Notes: generated from the sequence alone by a model not told the origin. 64,000 nt of DNA from Rhodospirillales bacterium (GCA_018666775.1 JABIXC010000007.1:190015-254014), one strand, 5' to 3'. Positions 8,073 to 20,943 are shown, counted from the first letter of the stretch. Numbers and translations: made by a program.

Positions 8073-8993
8073 ATGGAAACCCAACCGCCCAGTTTAGAAG
8101 CCTTGAAATGGCAAATCGATGCCGGCGCAGATGAAGCCATTGGCGATGTCCCCGTTGATCGGTTTGCTGAAGCGCTCGTAGAACCGCTGACAGAACCACA
8201 GGGAGTGCCAGAAACACCGCGTGAAACGCCAGAACCTGAAAATCACCAAAATGCAGAAAATTACGGTGAAACAGCACAAAAATCGGATGAAATAGCGCAA
8301 AATGACACAAAAATAGAAAAAACATCGAATAATTCTGCTTCAAAACCATCCCAAACTCATAAAACTGCGCCAAAACCGGAAATAACACCGGATATTGGGG
8401 CCTATCAACTGGCTGCAGGGGCAAAAAGCCTTGATGACATTGCTGAAATACTCAAAACCTATGAAGGCTGTGCGTTAAAACAGACCGCCACCAACCTGGT
8501 CTATTGTGACGGCAACAAAGACGCCGACATTCTTTTTATCGGCGAAGCGCCGGGTGCCGAAGAAGATCGCCAGGGCCGCCCCTTTGTCGGCCCGGCGGGA
8601 AAAATGATGGATCGCATGCTGGAGGCCATTGGTCTTGATCGGGAACAGGTCCTGATCTGCAACAGCTTATTCTGGAGGCCGCCCGGAAATCGCACCCCGA
8701 ACCCGCTTGAAGTTGCCGCATGCCTGCCCTTTGTCGAACGCACCATTGAAATCGTCGATCCAAAAATTGTGGTGATGGTTGGGGGCACGGCCGCCAAAAC
8801 ACTTTTGGCCCAGAATGAAGGCATCATGAAATTGCGCGGCAAGTGGTTTGAATACGAGACATCCGCTATGGTGCGCCCTATTCCCGCTATGGCGATTTAC
8901 CATCCGGCATTTTTGTTACGATCCCCGGGCCAGAAACGCGATGCATGGCGGGATTTATTGGAAATCCGCAAACGACTGGATAGCCTTCATTGA
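8073..8993 (+). CDS. Family 4 uracil-DNA glycosylase
   Basis: C...LVYCDG...[27 protein letters not shown]...[12 protein letters not shown]. Confidence 0.93.
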   Translation: METQPPSLEALKWQIDAGADEAIGDVPVDRFAEALVEPLTEPQGVPETPRETPEPENHQNAENYGETAQKSDEIAQNDTKIEKTSNNSASKPSQTHKTAPKPEITPDIGAYQLAAGAKSLDDIAEILKTYEGCALKQTATNLVYCDGNKDADILFIGEAPGAEEDRQGRPFVGPAGKMMDRMLEAIGLDREQVLICNSLFWRPPGNRTPNPLEVAACLPFVERTIEIVDPKIVVMVGGTAAKTLLAQNEGIMKLRGKWFEYETSAMVRPIPAMAIYHPAFLLRSPGQKRDAWRDLLEIRKRLDSLH

Positions 8994-10807
8994 TCAACGT
9001 TCATCACATCAATAACAAGCCCCATAAAGCCAGAAACGCACCGATGCTTCTTGGCGTCCTAATGGTAATGGTTGCCTTATCGCTATCCCATCCCGCATGG
9101 GCTACAGATAAAAAAGCGAAAGATGAAGCGGTGGCGGCAACCATAAAGGTGCCAAAGATTCTGGATGCTGCAGACAGCATGCTTTACCGGGATATCTTTA
9201 AACTGCAAACCCGGGGCCAATGGCGTCGCGCCGATCGGCGCATCAAAAAATTGCAGAACCGTTTGCTGGTCGGCCATGTTTTGGCCCAACGCTTTTTGCA
9301 CCCAACCCATTATCGGTCACGGTTTCGCGAACTGGAACGTTGGATGCGCCATTATGCCGATCATCCCGATGCACGGCGCATTTACAGATTGGCCCTGCGT
9401 CGCAAACCGACACGCGCGCGCGCTCCCCGTGTGCCGCAACGCGCGATAAAACGATTGCGTAAAAAACAAAAATCCGCGACGCCCAGAAAACTCAGAAAAC
9501 GCGCACCCTTTTATATGGGGCGGACCGAACGACGGTTGCAACGTCGCATTGGACGATATGTGTTCCGGGAACATCTAAGCCGGGCTGAGCGATACCTGAA
9601 GCGCAGATCAACGCACCGTGCGGTCGGCACCAAAGGCATCGACCGCGCGCGCGCCATCATTGCATCGGGCTGGTTTCGCCGTGGCAACACCAAACGCGCC
9701 CTTGCACTGGCCGCGCGTGCAGCGGATCGTTCAGGCATGGCCGCGCCCCGGGCACAGTGGTGGGCGGGCCTTTCCGCATTCAGGCTGGGCCGCCTTGACA
9801 CAGCTGCGCGTTATTTCCAAACCATGCACCAAACCCCCGGCCTGAGTGACACCGCCCGGGCAGCATCCGCATTCTGGGCAGCACGGTCCCACCTTTTAGG
9901 CCGCCAACCACAAAACGTTACCCCATGGCTGGCACGCGCAGCCGCATATCCCCGCACGTTTTATGGCTTTATGGCCGCCTATATGATGGGCACCGAACCA
10001 CAGTTCAACTGGCAGGCCCCGCGTCTTGATCCGGGGGAGCTTGAAACCCTGTCTAGCCTTCATCCGGGCAAGCGCGCCATGGCCCTGATCCAGGTTGGCG
10101 AAGGCCGCCGCGCAGAACTGGAGTTGCGCAAAATTCGCTATTCATCCACCGCCGGGCTTTTGCGCACCGTCATCGCATTGGCAGGCGTTGCCAATCTGCC
10201 GGGCACCCAATTGCGCGCTGCGCGCACGTTAAGAACACTCTCTGGCAAACAATATGATGGCGCCTTGTATCCAATTTCCCATTGGACCCCCCATGGGGGC
10301 TACCTGATTGATCGGGCCTTGATCAATGCGCTGGCCCGCCAGGAATCAGGGTTTAACACCCGCGCAAAAAGCCGCCGTGGCGCGCGTGGACTTTTGCAGC
10401 TTATGCCCGCCACGGCACGGATCATGGCCCAAAGGCGGGGTGCCTTCCGGGGCCGGGGGCGGGACAAATTATTTGATCCCGATTTAAATCTTTCTTTGGG
10501 CCAGAAATATGTCGATCACCTGCTGAACGGCGATGTCACATCGGGCAATATGGTCTTGATGATTGCTTCTTATAACGGTGGGCCGGGCAATACATCCAAA
10601 TGGCAACGCAAACTTGCCCATGGGGCCGATCCATTGATCTTTATGGAAACCATCCCATTAAGAGAAACCCGGAATTTTGTAAAACGGGTGTTTGAAAACC
10701 TTTGGGTGTACCGGGCGCGGCTGGGACAGGACGCGCCGTCGTTGGCTGCCCTTGCAGCGGGCCAATGGCCATCCTATGTAGGGTTAGACGAAACCCCACG
10801 CCTTTAA
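8990..10807 (+). CDS. Soluble lytic murein transglycosylase (Slt family)
   Basis: Signal peptide; ALARQESGFN...ARGLLQLMPATA; ASYNGGPG; ETIPLRETRNFVKRV. Confidence 0.92.
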   Translation: MINVHHINNKPHKARNAPMLLGVLMVMVALSLSHPAWATDKKAKDEAVAATIKVPKILDAADSMLYRDIFKLQTRGQWRRADRRIKKLQNRLLVGHVLAQRFLHPTHYRSRFRELERWMRHYADHPDARRIYRLALRRKPTRARAPRVPQRAIKRLRKKQKSATPRKLRKRAPFYMGRTERRLQRRIGRYVFREHLSRAERYLKRRSTHRAVGTKGIDRARAIIASGWFRRGNTKRALALAARAADRSGMAAPRAQWWAGLSAFRLGRLDTAARYFQTMHQTPGLSDTARAASAFWAARSHLLGRQPQNVTPWLARAAAYPRTFYGFMAAYMMGTEPQFNWQAPRLDPGELETLSSLHPGKRAMALIQVGEGRRAELELRKIRYSSTAGLLRTVIALAGVANLPGTQLRAARTLRTLSGKQYDGALYPISHWTPHGGYLIDRALINALARQESGFNTRAKSRRGARGLLQLMPATARIMAQRRGAFRGRGRDKLFDPDLNLSLGQKYVDHLLNGDVTSGNMVLMIASYNGGPGNTSKWQRKLAHGADPLIFMETIPLRETRNFVKRVFENLWVYRARLGQDAPSLAALAAGQWPSYVGLDETPRL

Positions 10808-10829
10808 AACAAACCAACCGGAGGCCCCC

Positions 10830-11360
10830 ATGGCCGGCATTGATGAAACCCGCACTTTTATTCCCATTGGCATCGCTGTCCTTACCATTTCGGACACCCG
10901 AACAGAAGCCAATGACGAATCCGGCGACACCTTGATTGCACGGCTGGAAGGCGTGGGCCACACCTTGGCTGCGCGCGCTGTCATCATTGATGATCCAGCA
11001 CGCATTGCCAAACAGGTGACCGATTGGGCAAACAAAGATGGCATTGATGTCATCATCACCAATGGTGGCACCGGGGTCACCGGGCGTGATGTAACGCCTG
11101 AGGCGCTGCGCCCCCTGTTTGACAAAGAAATAGAAGGCTTCGGCGAATTATTCCGGATGATTTCCTATGACAAGGTCGGGACATCGACCATGCAGTCGCG
11201 CGCCCTTGGCGGATTGATTGGCAACACCTATGTCTTTGCCTTGCCGGGATCACCGTCCGCTTGTAAGGATGGCTGGGATGAAATTCTGAAATACCAACTG
11301 GATGCGCGCCATCGTCCCTGCAATCTGGTGGAACTGATGCCCCGTTTGATGGAACGCTAG
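10830..11360 (+). CDS. moaB: Molybdenum cofactor biosynthesis protein B
   Basis: AVLTISDTRT...DESG, ITNGGTGVTGRDVTPEA, LPGSPSAC. Confidence 0.95.
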   Translation: MAGIDETRTFIPIGIAVLTISDTRTEANDESGDTLIARLEGVGHTLAARAVIIDDPARIAKQVTDWANKDGIDVIITNGGTGVTGRDVTPEALRPLFDKEIEGFGELFRMISYDKVGTSTMQSRALGGLIGNTYVFALPGSPSACKDGWDEILKYQLDARHRPCNLVELMPRLMER

Positions 11361-11361
11361 G

Positions 11362-12246
11362 TTACGCCCTATTTCCATCTTTTGTTTCAAGCGCCGTGTT
11401 AATGGTCTTGAGCTCTGAACGAATGGCCGATAATTCTTTTTGCATCAAGGCCGCTTCCTCGGCGCGCGCTGCTTCCAATAGGGCTCTTTCTTCTTGATGT
11501 TCTTCATCGCTTTGGGCCTGCATGGCGGAAACGATGATGGCGATAAACAGGTTCAGCATGGTGAACGTGGCAATCAGGATAAACGGCACAAAAAATGTCC
11601 AGGCCAGAGGATAAACCTTCATCACTGGGCGCACGATCCCCATGGACCAGCTTTCCAACGTCATGATCTGGAACAGGGAATACATAGACGCGCCAATGGT
11701 GCCGAACCATTCATCAAAATCATTGCCAAACAGATTGGTTGCGATCACGGCAAAGACGTAATAGACCAACACCAAAATGGCCATGATCGAAGAAATCCCC
11801 GGCACCGCGCGCAGCAGGGATTCGATGACGTGGCGCATTTGGGGAATCACCGATAACAGGCGAAGGATGCGCAGCACCCGAAGGGCCCGCAAGACCGAGA
11901 ACGGCCCGGCTGATGGCACCAACGCAATGGCAATGACGATAAAGTCAAAGATGTTCCAGCCGCTTTTGAAAAACCCGAACCCACGCCCCAACAGCTTGGC
12001 CCCGATTTCAAACACAAACACCGATAACACGGCAACATCCAGAACATGCAAAACAGGCCCGATTGCCCCCATGACCTGGGTGGATGTTTCAAGGCCAAGG
12101 GTGATGGCATTGATGATGATCAAGACCATCACCAACTTTTGCACCCGGTCGCCTTCGACAAAATCGATCACACGCCCGCGCCAGCCTTCGGGGCGGGGAC
12201 CATTTTCTGCTTCATCATTTTCTGATTTCAACACGTCATCTGTCAT
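11362..12246 (-). CDS. Bacterial voltage-gated sodium channel (BacNav, 6TM ion transporter)
   Basis: S4 LRALRVLRILRLL with four gating Arg, WNIFDF in S3, pore filter FQIMTLESWSMGIVRP, S6 LNLFIAIIV, C-terminal coiled coil. Confidence 0.92.
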   Translation of the reverse strand: MTDDVLKSENDEAENGPRPEGWRGRVIDFVEGDRVQKLVMVLIIINAITLGLETSTQVMGAIGPVLHVLDVAVLSVFVFEIGAKLLGRGFGFFKSGWNIFDFIVIAIALVPSAGPFSVLRALRVLRILRLLSVIPQMRHVIESLLRAVPGISSIMAILVLVYYVFAVIATNLFGNDFDEWFGTIGASMYSLFQIMTLESWSMGIVRPVMKVYPLAWTFFVPFILIATFTMLNLFIAIIVSAMQAQSDEEHQEERALLEAARAEEAALMQKELSAIRSELKTINTALETKDGNRA

Positions 12247-12329
12247 GGGTTTTGCGGCACCTGATCAATAGAGATAGCGGCATTTAGCAAAGCGCCGGGC
12301 TTTACGCCATTAAAAATTTTGCTTTTATA

Positions 12330-12965
12330 TTATATACGCGTGTCCTGAACCCAGCGTTCAAAAGCAGCGCCATCATCAACATCTTCCAGTGCCGGCAATG
12401 GGGGGCCTTCAAGGCCCGGGCCAAGATTAGCCCGTGTATCGGCAAGGGCGTGGGCGCTGGACCAACGAACAGATGAGAACAACCGCCCCACAAAACGTCT
12501 GCGTCTGCGGCCAAGACCAACCAGCCAATAGCCCCCATCCAAGGCCGGGCCAAAAACGGCTTCGTGTTGATCAAGGCGGTCAAAGGCCTGCCTGATCAAA
12601 AATGGCGTGATGTTGGGAATGTCTGATCCGATGATGATCGCAGGGCCGGGGGGCAATTGATCCAGAACGCGACCCATGCGCGCGCCCAAACTGCCCCGTC
12701 CCTGGCCCACACGACGGATCCCCTTGGGCCAAAACCGGGCAGAGCTGGCAAAATGATCGGGGGTTACCGCCAGCACGGTTTGCCAATTGCCTCCCCCATT
12801 GCCTCCATGGTTTTGGGCGCGCGCCAAAGACGTGACAAGGGACCGGCTCATGTTCTGATAAAACCCAAGGGCGGCACGTTCGCCGATGTCGCGGGCAAGG
12901 CGGCGTTTTACAGCACCACGCTGAGGGGCACGCAGGAAAATTACGAGATGGCGCACAGAGCGCAT
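12330..12965 (-). CDS. TIGR04282/DUF2064-like (CofC-like) glycosyltransferase; likely start ATG 12965
   Basis: LVIFLRAPQRGAVKRRLA, QGRGSLGARM, IIIGSDIP, VFGPALDGGYWLVG, LEDVDDG. Confidence 0.85.
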   Translation of the reverse strand: MRSVRHLVIFLRAPQRGAVKRRLARDIGERAALGFYQNMSRSLVTSLARAQNHGGNGGGNWQTVLAVTPDHFASSARFWPKGIRRVGQGRGSLGARMGRVLDQLPPGPAIIIGSDIPNITPFLIRQAFDRLDQHEAVFGPALDGGYWLVGLGRRRRRFVGRLFSSVRWSSAHALADTRANLGPGLEGPPLPALEDVDDGAAFERWVQDTRI

Positions 12966-12970
12966 GAGCC

Positions 12971-13720
12971 CTAGCGGCCGTAAAGCCGGGCGATCATGGG
13001 TGCGGGGAAACCAAGAAAATAAAGGCTGAGACAGCCAAGGTTGCGAAGTGGGCGCAGGACCCATCCCCCCTTGCGATAGCGTTCCGCAGAGGTGGTTGCT
13101 GGCACATCAAGAATGCGCAGCCGTGCGCGGCCAATGCGGCAGACAAAATCAACGTCTTCCATCAACGGTTCCGTTCCAAACCCATCAAGGGCGGTGTACA
13201 ACGCCTTTGAAATCAAAAGGCCCTGATCCCCATAGGGCAGCGCCAGTGCGCGGCAACGCCAGGCCACCATGTTTTCAAGCCAGCGTGCGGCACGACTGGC
13301 ATCATCAAGGGCAAAACGGAACGCAGCAGCTTTGCCCGGATTGGCCGGGTTATTCATGAAGCCCGTCACCACCTGTTGCCAGCCACCGGCGAGGCGGGTA
13401 TCAGCGTGGAGAAACAAAAACCAATCTCCTCTGGCAGCTTCTGCACCGGCATCCAATTGGGTGCCCCGTCCCTTGGGCGCATCCAAAACTTTTACCCCTG
13501 CCTTTTTGGCAATGGCCTTGGTTTGGTCACTGGACCCACCATCAACAATGATGATTTCAATCTCTGGCAAGGTCACACCATTTTCACCCTTTTCCTTGGC
13601 GCAGCGCTGCAGCGCGGCCAGACAGGTGCCGATATGAGATTCCGCATCCAGGGTTGGGATGATGATACTGAGGACCAGTGAGTTCAAATTATTCTCCAAA
13701 ACCAAAACGGGCAAATCCAT
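12971..13720 (-). CDS. TIGR04283-like GT2 glycosyltransferase
   Basis: SIIIPTLD, IIIVDGGSSDQT, GRGTQLDAGA, LFLHADTRL, LPYGDQGLLI, PLMEDV, TSAERY. Confidence 0.88.
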   Translation of the reverse strand: MDLPVLVLENNLNSLVLSIIIPTLDAESHIGTCLAALQRCAKEKGENGVTLPEIEIIIVDGGSSDQTKAIAKKAGVKVLDAPKGRGTQLDAGAEAARGDWFLFLHADTRLAGGWQQVVTGFMNNPANPGKAAAFRFALDDASRAARWLENMVAWRCRALALPYGDQGLLISKALYTALDGFGTEPLMEDVDFVCRIGRARLRILDVPATTSAERYRKGGWVLRPLRNLGCLSLYFLGFPAPMIARLYGR

Positions 13721-13884
13721 AAAGCCCTTACTTTAAAGGGTGCTTGTATCAGGTTTTCCGTCTTATGGAATTCCACATACAAGTAAAACGCGTCAAGAAG
13801 ATGGCTGGTAATCCTAAAAAAACCATCAACAAACTGCATAATGTTCTTGCTTTGTTCTATAAATAGGATCAAATACGACCTATT

Positions 13885-15102
13885 ATGGACATTATTCCAG
13901 ATCTTCCTGGCAATTTGCCAATCAAGGGCCGCGGTGCCATTTCCAACCCCACGGGGCGATATGAGCGCGAAACGCGCCAACGCACCGATGACGGATGGAC
14001 AAGGCCGGAACCAGAACCCGGCCCCCATTCAGAACGGAGACCCAACCATGAAACCCAAATCCAGACAAAGGATGGCACAAAAATTCTGGCAGAACCTGCA
14101 GAGCATCTTGATGAAAATTCATGTTCTGAGAAACCCAGAAACCCGGACACCCGATTTCTGGTGGATGCCTCGCGCACGGTAATTACGCGCAACACGTCGC
14201 CCGATGTTCCCTTTGATCGTTCCATCAATCCGTATCGCGGGTGCGAACATGGCTGCATTTATTGTTTCGCGCGCCCTACCCATGCCTGGTTGGGCTTGTC
14301 ACCGGGAATGGATTTTGAAACACGTATTTTTACCAAACCCGATGCCCCCAAAAGGCTGGCCCATGAACTGGGGCGCAAAAGTTATAAATGTGCGCCCATT
14401 GCCCTTGGCACCAACACCGACCCATACCAGCCCATAGAACGCAGGCTGCGTATCACCCGGGGCATTCTTCAGGTTCTTTCAGATCACAACCACCCCGTCA
14501 CCATTGTCTCCAAATCTGATGGGGTGCTCAAAGACATCGATCTTCTTTCCGACATGGCCGCGCGCAATCTGGTGCAGGTCCATCTTTCCATCACCTCTCT
14601 TGATGGGGGCCTGACCCGAAAGCTGGAACCGCGTACCCCCACACCGGCCAAACGCCTGAATGCCATCAAAGAACTGGCCGATGCCAACATTCCTGTCGGC
14701 GTGATGGCTGCACCCATGATCCCGGCGTTGAACGATCATGAGCTCGAAGCCATTCTAGCAGCCGCCCACAATGCCGGTGCTATCACGGCCGGCTACATCC
14801 TGTTGCGCCTGCCCTTGGAAGTGAAAGAGCTTTTCGCCCAATGGCTGCGCGCCCATTACCCTGACCGCGAAGCAAAGGTTTTAAACCTTGTCCGCGAAAC
14901 ACGCGGTGGCCGGGCTGGAAAACTGAACGATTCTGATTTCAAACAGCGCATGAGCGGCAAGGGCGTTTACGCCGAAATGATCGCCAATCGCTTTGCCATG
15001 ACCATGGCCCGATTGGGCATGGGACGAGAAAATCTGGGCAGCCTTGATACCGGCCATTTTACCCCACCCAGCGCGGGCGGAGACCAACTGGCTCTTTTCT
15101 AG
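13885..15102 (+). CDS. PA0069-family radical SAM protein (spore-photoproduct-lyase-like superfamily)
   Basis: KGRGAISNP; SINPYRGCEHGCIYCFARPTH (CxxxCxxC); LGTNTDPYQP; C-terminal QLALF clamp-like motif. Confidence 0.9.
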   Translation: MDIIPDLPGNLPIKGRGAISNPTGRYERETRQRTDDGWTRPEPEPGPHSERRPNHETQIQTKDGTKILAEPAEHLDENSCSEKPRNPDTRFLVDASRTVITRNTSPDVPFDRSINPYRGCEHGCIYCFARPTHAWLGLSPGMDFETRIFTKPDAPKRLAHELGRKSYKCAPIALGTNTDPYQPIERRLRITRGILQVLSDHNHPVTIVSKSDGVLKDIDLLSDMAARNLVQVHLSITSLDGGLTRKLEPRTPTPAKRLNAIKELADANIPVGVMAAPMIPALNDHELEAILAAAHNAGAITAGYILLRLPLEVKELFAQWLRAHYPDREAKVLNLVRETRGGRAGKLNDSDFKQRMSGKGVYAEMIANRFAMTMARLGMGRENLGSLDTGHFTPPSAGGDQLALF

Positions 15103-15159
15103 ATCAGAGCGCTTAAGTCATTAAGCAAAGTCATTACGCAACTGTGTTAATGTCTAGCC

Positions 15160-16491
15160 ATGGAAGGTCAGGAAGCACTTACAGGAATTGCCGTGGTTGG
15201 ATTGGCCGCACTTTTGTGCGGGTTGATTCTGACGCGCCTGCGCCAACCCGCCGTGGTTGGCTATATTCTTGCGGGCGTGCTTCTTGGCCCCACCGCGTTT
15301 GCCATCGTTGATAATCAGGAGCAAATTCGCCTGCTGGCCGATATTGGCATTCTCATGCTTTTGTTTGTGCTGGGGCTAGAGCTGCCCATCAAGGATTTCA
15401 TGAATGTCTGGCGCACCGCCCTTATGGTTCTTGCCGGGCAAATTCTGGGATTTCTTAGCATTACCCTTGTGCTGGCTGCCTTCATGGGGTGGGACGGACG
15501 GTTTGCTGCTTTTCTGGCCTTTGCGGCAACCCTTTCATCGACCGCCGTTGCCATCAAAATGATCGAGGATATCGGTGAGACCAAAACCGATACCGGCAGG
15601 CTTTCTATTGCCATTCTGGTGGCCCAGGATTTGGCCGTCATTCCCATGATTGTCTTTGTCAGCAACGTGGGCGGCAGTGGCTTTACCGCTGTTGGTCTGG
15701 CCAAGATGATCGCAGCGGGTGCCTTCCTTGCCGGATTGGTGGTCTTTTTTGCAAAGGGCGGGCGGATGAATTTCGCCTTTGCAGAACGCATCGCATCACA
15801 TCGTGAATTGCGCCCCGTTGCAGCCATTGCAATTTGCCTTGTCGCCGCAGCGCTATCGGGTGTGTTCGGATTTTCAGCAGCTTATGGCGCCTTCATTGCC
15901 GGGCTGGTCCTTGGCAACGGGGTCGGGAGTGCCAGACTCGCCGAAGCGGCAAAGCCCATTGAGGGGCTTTTGATGATGGTGTTCTTCCTGTCGGTTGGGC
16001 TTTTGATTGATCTTGATTTTATCCGCGCCCATTTGGGCCAGGTGATGATCTGGTTGATCGGGGCAACGGTGGTCAAGACCGCCCTTAACATTGGCATTTT
16101 ACGCCTGTTAAAAAGACCATGGCCCCAGGCATTTTTATCTGGCGTCCTGATTGGTCAAATTGGCGAATTTTCCTTTCTGCTGGCCGCCGTTGGTGGACGA
16201 TCCGGGATGCTGCCCCCGGAAAAACAGCAATTAATCATCGCCGTGGTTGCCCTTTCGCTTCTGGTCAGCCCACTTTGGCTTATGACTGCAAGACGCCTGC
16301 ACACTGTCACGGCAAGACGGCGCACCACCCTTTCATCGCTGCTGAATTATCTTTATGGCGATCAAACCACGTGGTTGATCGGGACCGCAAAAAACATTGC
16401 CCAACAATTGCACGCCCAGCACCCTGAAGACAAAAACACCAAAAAGCGTGGCAAGAAAAAGAAACCTGCAAAAAAGCCTGACAAAAAATAA
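15160..16491 (+). CDS. Cation:proton antiporter, CPA2 family, without C-terminal KTN domain
   Basis: QPAVVGYILAGVLLGP, LSSTAVAIK, ILVAQDL, QIGEFSFLL; ends in Lys-rich tail. Confidence 0.88.
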   Translation: MEGQEALTGIAVVGLAALLCGLILTRLRQPAVVGYILAGVLLGPTAFAIVDNQEQIRLLADIGILMLLFVLGLELPIKDFMNVWRTALMVLAGQILGFLSITLVLAAFMGWDGRFAAFLAFAATLSSTAVAIKMIEDIGETKTDTGRLSIAILVAQDLAVIPMIVFVSNVGGSGFTAVGLAKMIAAGAFLAGLVVFFAKGGRMNFAFAERIASHRELRPVAAIAICLVAAALSGVFGFSAAYGAFIAGLVLGNGVGSARLAEAAKPIEGLLMMVFFLSVGLLIDLDFIRAHLGQVMIWLIGATVVKTALNIGILRLLKRPWPQAFLSGVLIGQIGEFSFLLAAVGGRSGMLPPEKQQLIIAVVALSLLVSPLWLMTARRLHTVTARRRTTLSSLLNYLYGDQTTWLIGTAKNIAQQLHAQHPEDKNTKKRGKKKKPAKKPDKK

Positions 16492-16500
16492 GGGATCATC

Positions 16501-17135
16501 GTGCCTGACTTTTCTTTGGAAACAGAAATTCTAAAAACGACATCCGGGCCTGTTTGTGGCATCGATGAAGCCGGGCGTGGCCCATGGGCCGGGCCGGTGG
16601 TGGCCAGCGCCGTGGTGTTGGACCCCGATCATCTTTCACCCGCGCTTATTGAAGGGCTGGATGATTCAAAAAAACTCAGCGCCAAAAAACGCGACATACT
16701 TTTTGATCGCCTAAAATCTGCCGAAGCCAACGGGGCAGCATGGATCGGCATTGGGGATGCCAGCTCGGATGAAATTGATCGTTTGAATATTTTACAAGCG
16801 ACCTTCCTTGCCATGGACAGGGCCGTAAAGGGTCTGGCCACCTGCCCGGCCCATGCCTTGGTGGATGGCAATTGCGTGCCGCCACTTGATTGTCCGGCCA
16901 CCACCATCATCAAGGGCGACCAGAAATCCCTGTCCATTGCGGCCGCTTCTATTGTTGCAAAAGTCACCCGGGATCGTTTTATGAATGCCCTCTCTGATCG
17001 CTTCCCCGGGTATGGGTTTGAGCGCCACGCTGGCTACGGCACGGTTATCCACAGGGAAGCGCTTGAACGGCTTGGCGTCACACCACATCACCGTAAAAGT
17101 TTTGCACCCATACACAAGATATTGTGTTCTGATTA

Positions 17136-17136
<1 letters not shown>
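16501..17136 (+). CDS. rnhB: Ribonuclease HII
   Basis: GIDEAGRGPWAGPVVA, LDDSKKL, LVDGN, KGDQKSLSIAAASIVAKVTRD, HAGYGT. Confidence 0.96.
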
Positions 17137-19505
<2,369 letters not shown>

Positions 19506-19559
19506 GTTGGGTCCATCATGGCCCGAGTTGATAAGAATGTGTAGACGGGTTTCCAGCCA

Positions 19560-20120
19560 ATGGCCAAAAAAGATGATGCGCCCAAAGATGGCCAGACAAA
19601 AGTCAGGCGTGGCCTAACCACGCTTGGCCAAAGCATCAACCGCATCACCTCACCAACGCTGCGAAAGCGCGGCTTTGCCGAAGGGACCATTGTTACCCAT
19701 TGGGATGAAATTGTTGGCCGCCCGTTGTGTGATCACACCCAGCCGTTTCGGGTGGTGTTCCCAAAGGGTGAACGCCGCAGGGGCACCTTGCATATGAATG
19801 TATCAGGGTCCTTTGCCCCCGATGTCCAGCACCTGTCACCCCAAATCATTGAACGCATCAACAGCCATTTTGGTTATGGCGCCATTGAATGCATAGAGCT
19901 GCATCAGGCGCGAATTGAACCCCCCATCAAAAAACGCGCGTCAAATAAAGCACTGGGTGAACCATCAGGCCCCGAAACCGAATTGGCCCCCCAATTATCA
20001 GATGTGATCAAAAAGGTCGAAGATGACAGCCTGCGCACGGCCCTTGAACGCCTTGCCCGGACACGGGCAGAGGAAGAGTCCCGAACAGATGCAAAAAATG
20101 GCGATGAAAAACCTGCCTGA
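19560..20120 (+). CDS. DUF721/DciA-family protein (replicative helicase loading partner)
   Basis: RKRGFAEGTIVTHWDEIVG...GTLHMNV...APDVQHLSPQIIERINSHFGYGAI..IELHQ; position between mutY and dsbA-smc. Confidence 0.85.
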   Translation: MAKKDDAPKDGQTKVRRGLTTLGQSINRITSPTLRKRGFAEGTIVTHWDEIVGRPLCDHTQPFRVVFPKGERRRGTLHMNVSGSFAPDVQHLSPQIIERINSHFGYGAIECIELHQARIEPPIKKRASNKALGEPSGPETELAPQLSDVIKKVEDDSLRTALERLARTRAEEESRTDAKNGDEKPA

Positions 20121-20238
20121 ATGCCCTATTTCGGGTTTTCAAACCCCAATCTCTGTGTATATTTTCTATCAAATTTGATAATTCTGCGCTGGACGCATGA
20201 GGCGTCCAAACGCTATATATAGTGCTAAGGAGTGATGA

Positions 20239-20928
20239 ATGCGTAATATCTTGTTGTTTTTAGGCAGCTTGGCTGCAGTTTTGGTTGTCTCTGTTGGGCT
20301 TTATCAATGGCTGGGCCAACCCAAATCCGGCCCCGCAACGGTGCAAACCACAATGCCAAAATCGGCCCCGGTGATTAGCACCACCGATGCGGCCAAGGTT
20401 AGGGCCGATGATTATGTAATCGGCAGTGCAACAGCCCCCCTCACCATCATCGAATATGCATCCCTCACCTGTTCCCATTGCCAGAATTTTCATGCCAAAA
20501 TACTGCCGGTGTTGAAAAAAGATTACATCGACACCGGAAAGCTCCGTTTGGTCTATCGCGATTTCCCCCTCGATGGGATCGCCCTTCGGGGTTCTATGCT
20601 GGCGCGATGTGTTGGCAAAGAACGCTCGCTTGCACTTATTGATATTATTTTCAAACGCCAGGGCGCCATGGTTGCGGCCAAAGACCCTGTTGCAGCCCTT
20701 GCCAAAATTGCCGGGCTGGGTGGTATGAGCAAAGATGCCGTCAAAAAATGTCTTGAAGACAAAGCCCTTCAGGCAAAAATTCTGGCGGGCCGCGTTGAAG
20801 CCGAAAAAGTTTTTGGCATTGATGGCACGCCGGGCTTCGTGATCAACGGCAAAAAAGTAATGATCGACCTGGACCCCAAGGCCTTCAAAGCGGTCATTGA
20901 TCCGCTTTTGGCAAAAGCTGGAAAGTAA
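20239..20928 (+). CDS. DsbA-family thioredoxin-fold protein
   Basis: N-terminal TM; IIEYASLTCSHC, YRDFPLD, GIDGTPGFVING. Confidence 0.9.
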   Translation: MRNILLFLGSLAAVLVVSVGLYQWLGQPKSGPATVQTTMPKSAPVISTTDAAKVRADDYVIGSATAPLTIIEYASLTCSHCQNFHAKILPVLKKDYIDTGKLRLVYRDFPLDGIALRGSMLARCVGKERSLALIDIIFKRQGAMVAAKDPVAALAKIAGLGGMSKDAVKKCLEDKALQAKILAGRVEAEKVFGIDGTPGFVINGKKVMIDLDPKAFKAVIDPLLAKAGK

Positions 20929-20943
20929 GGACACAAACCGACC

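Noticed and set aside
14000-14160. Apparent extra N-terminal segment in the radical SAM protein
   Set aside because: Low-complexity linker in a region that looks variable; cannot be assessed without an alignment.
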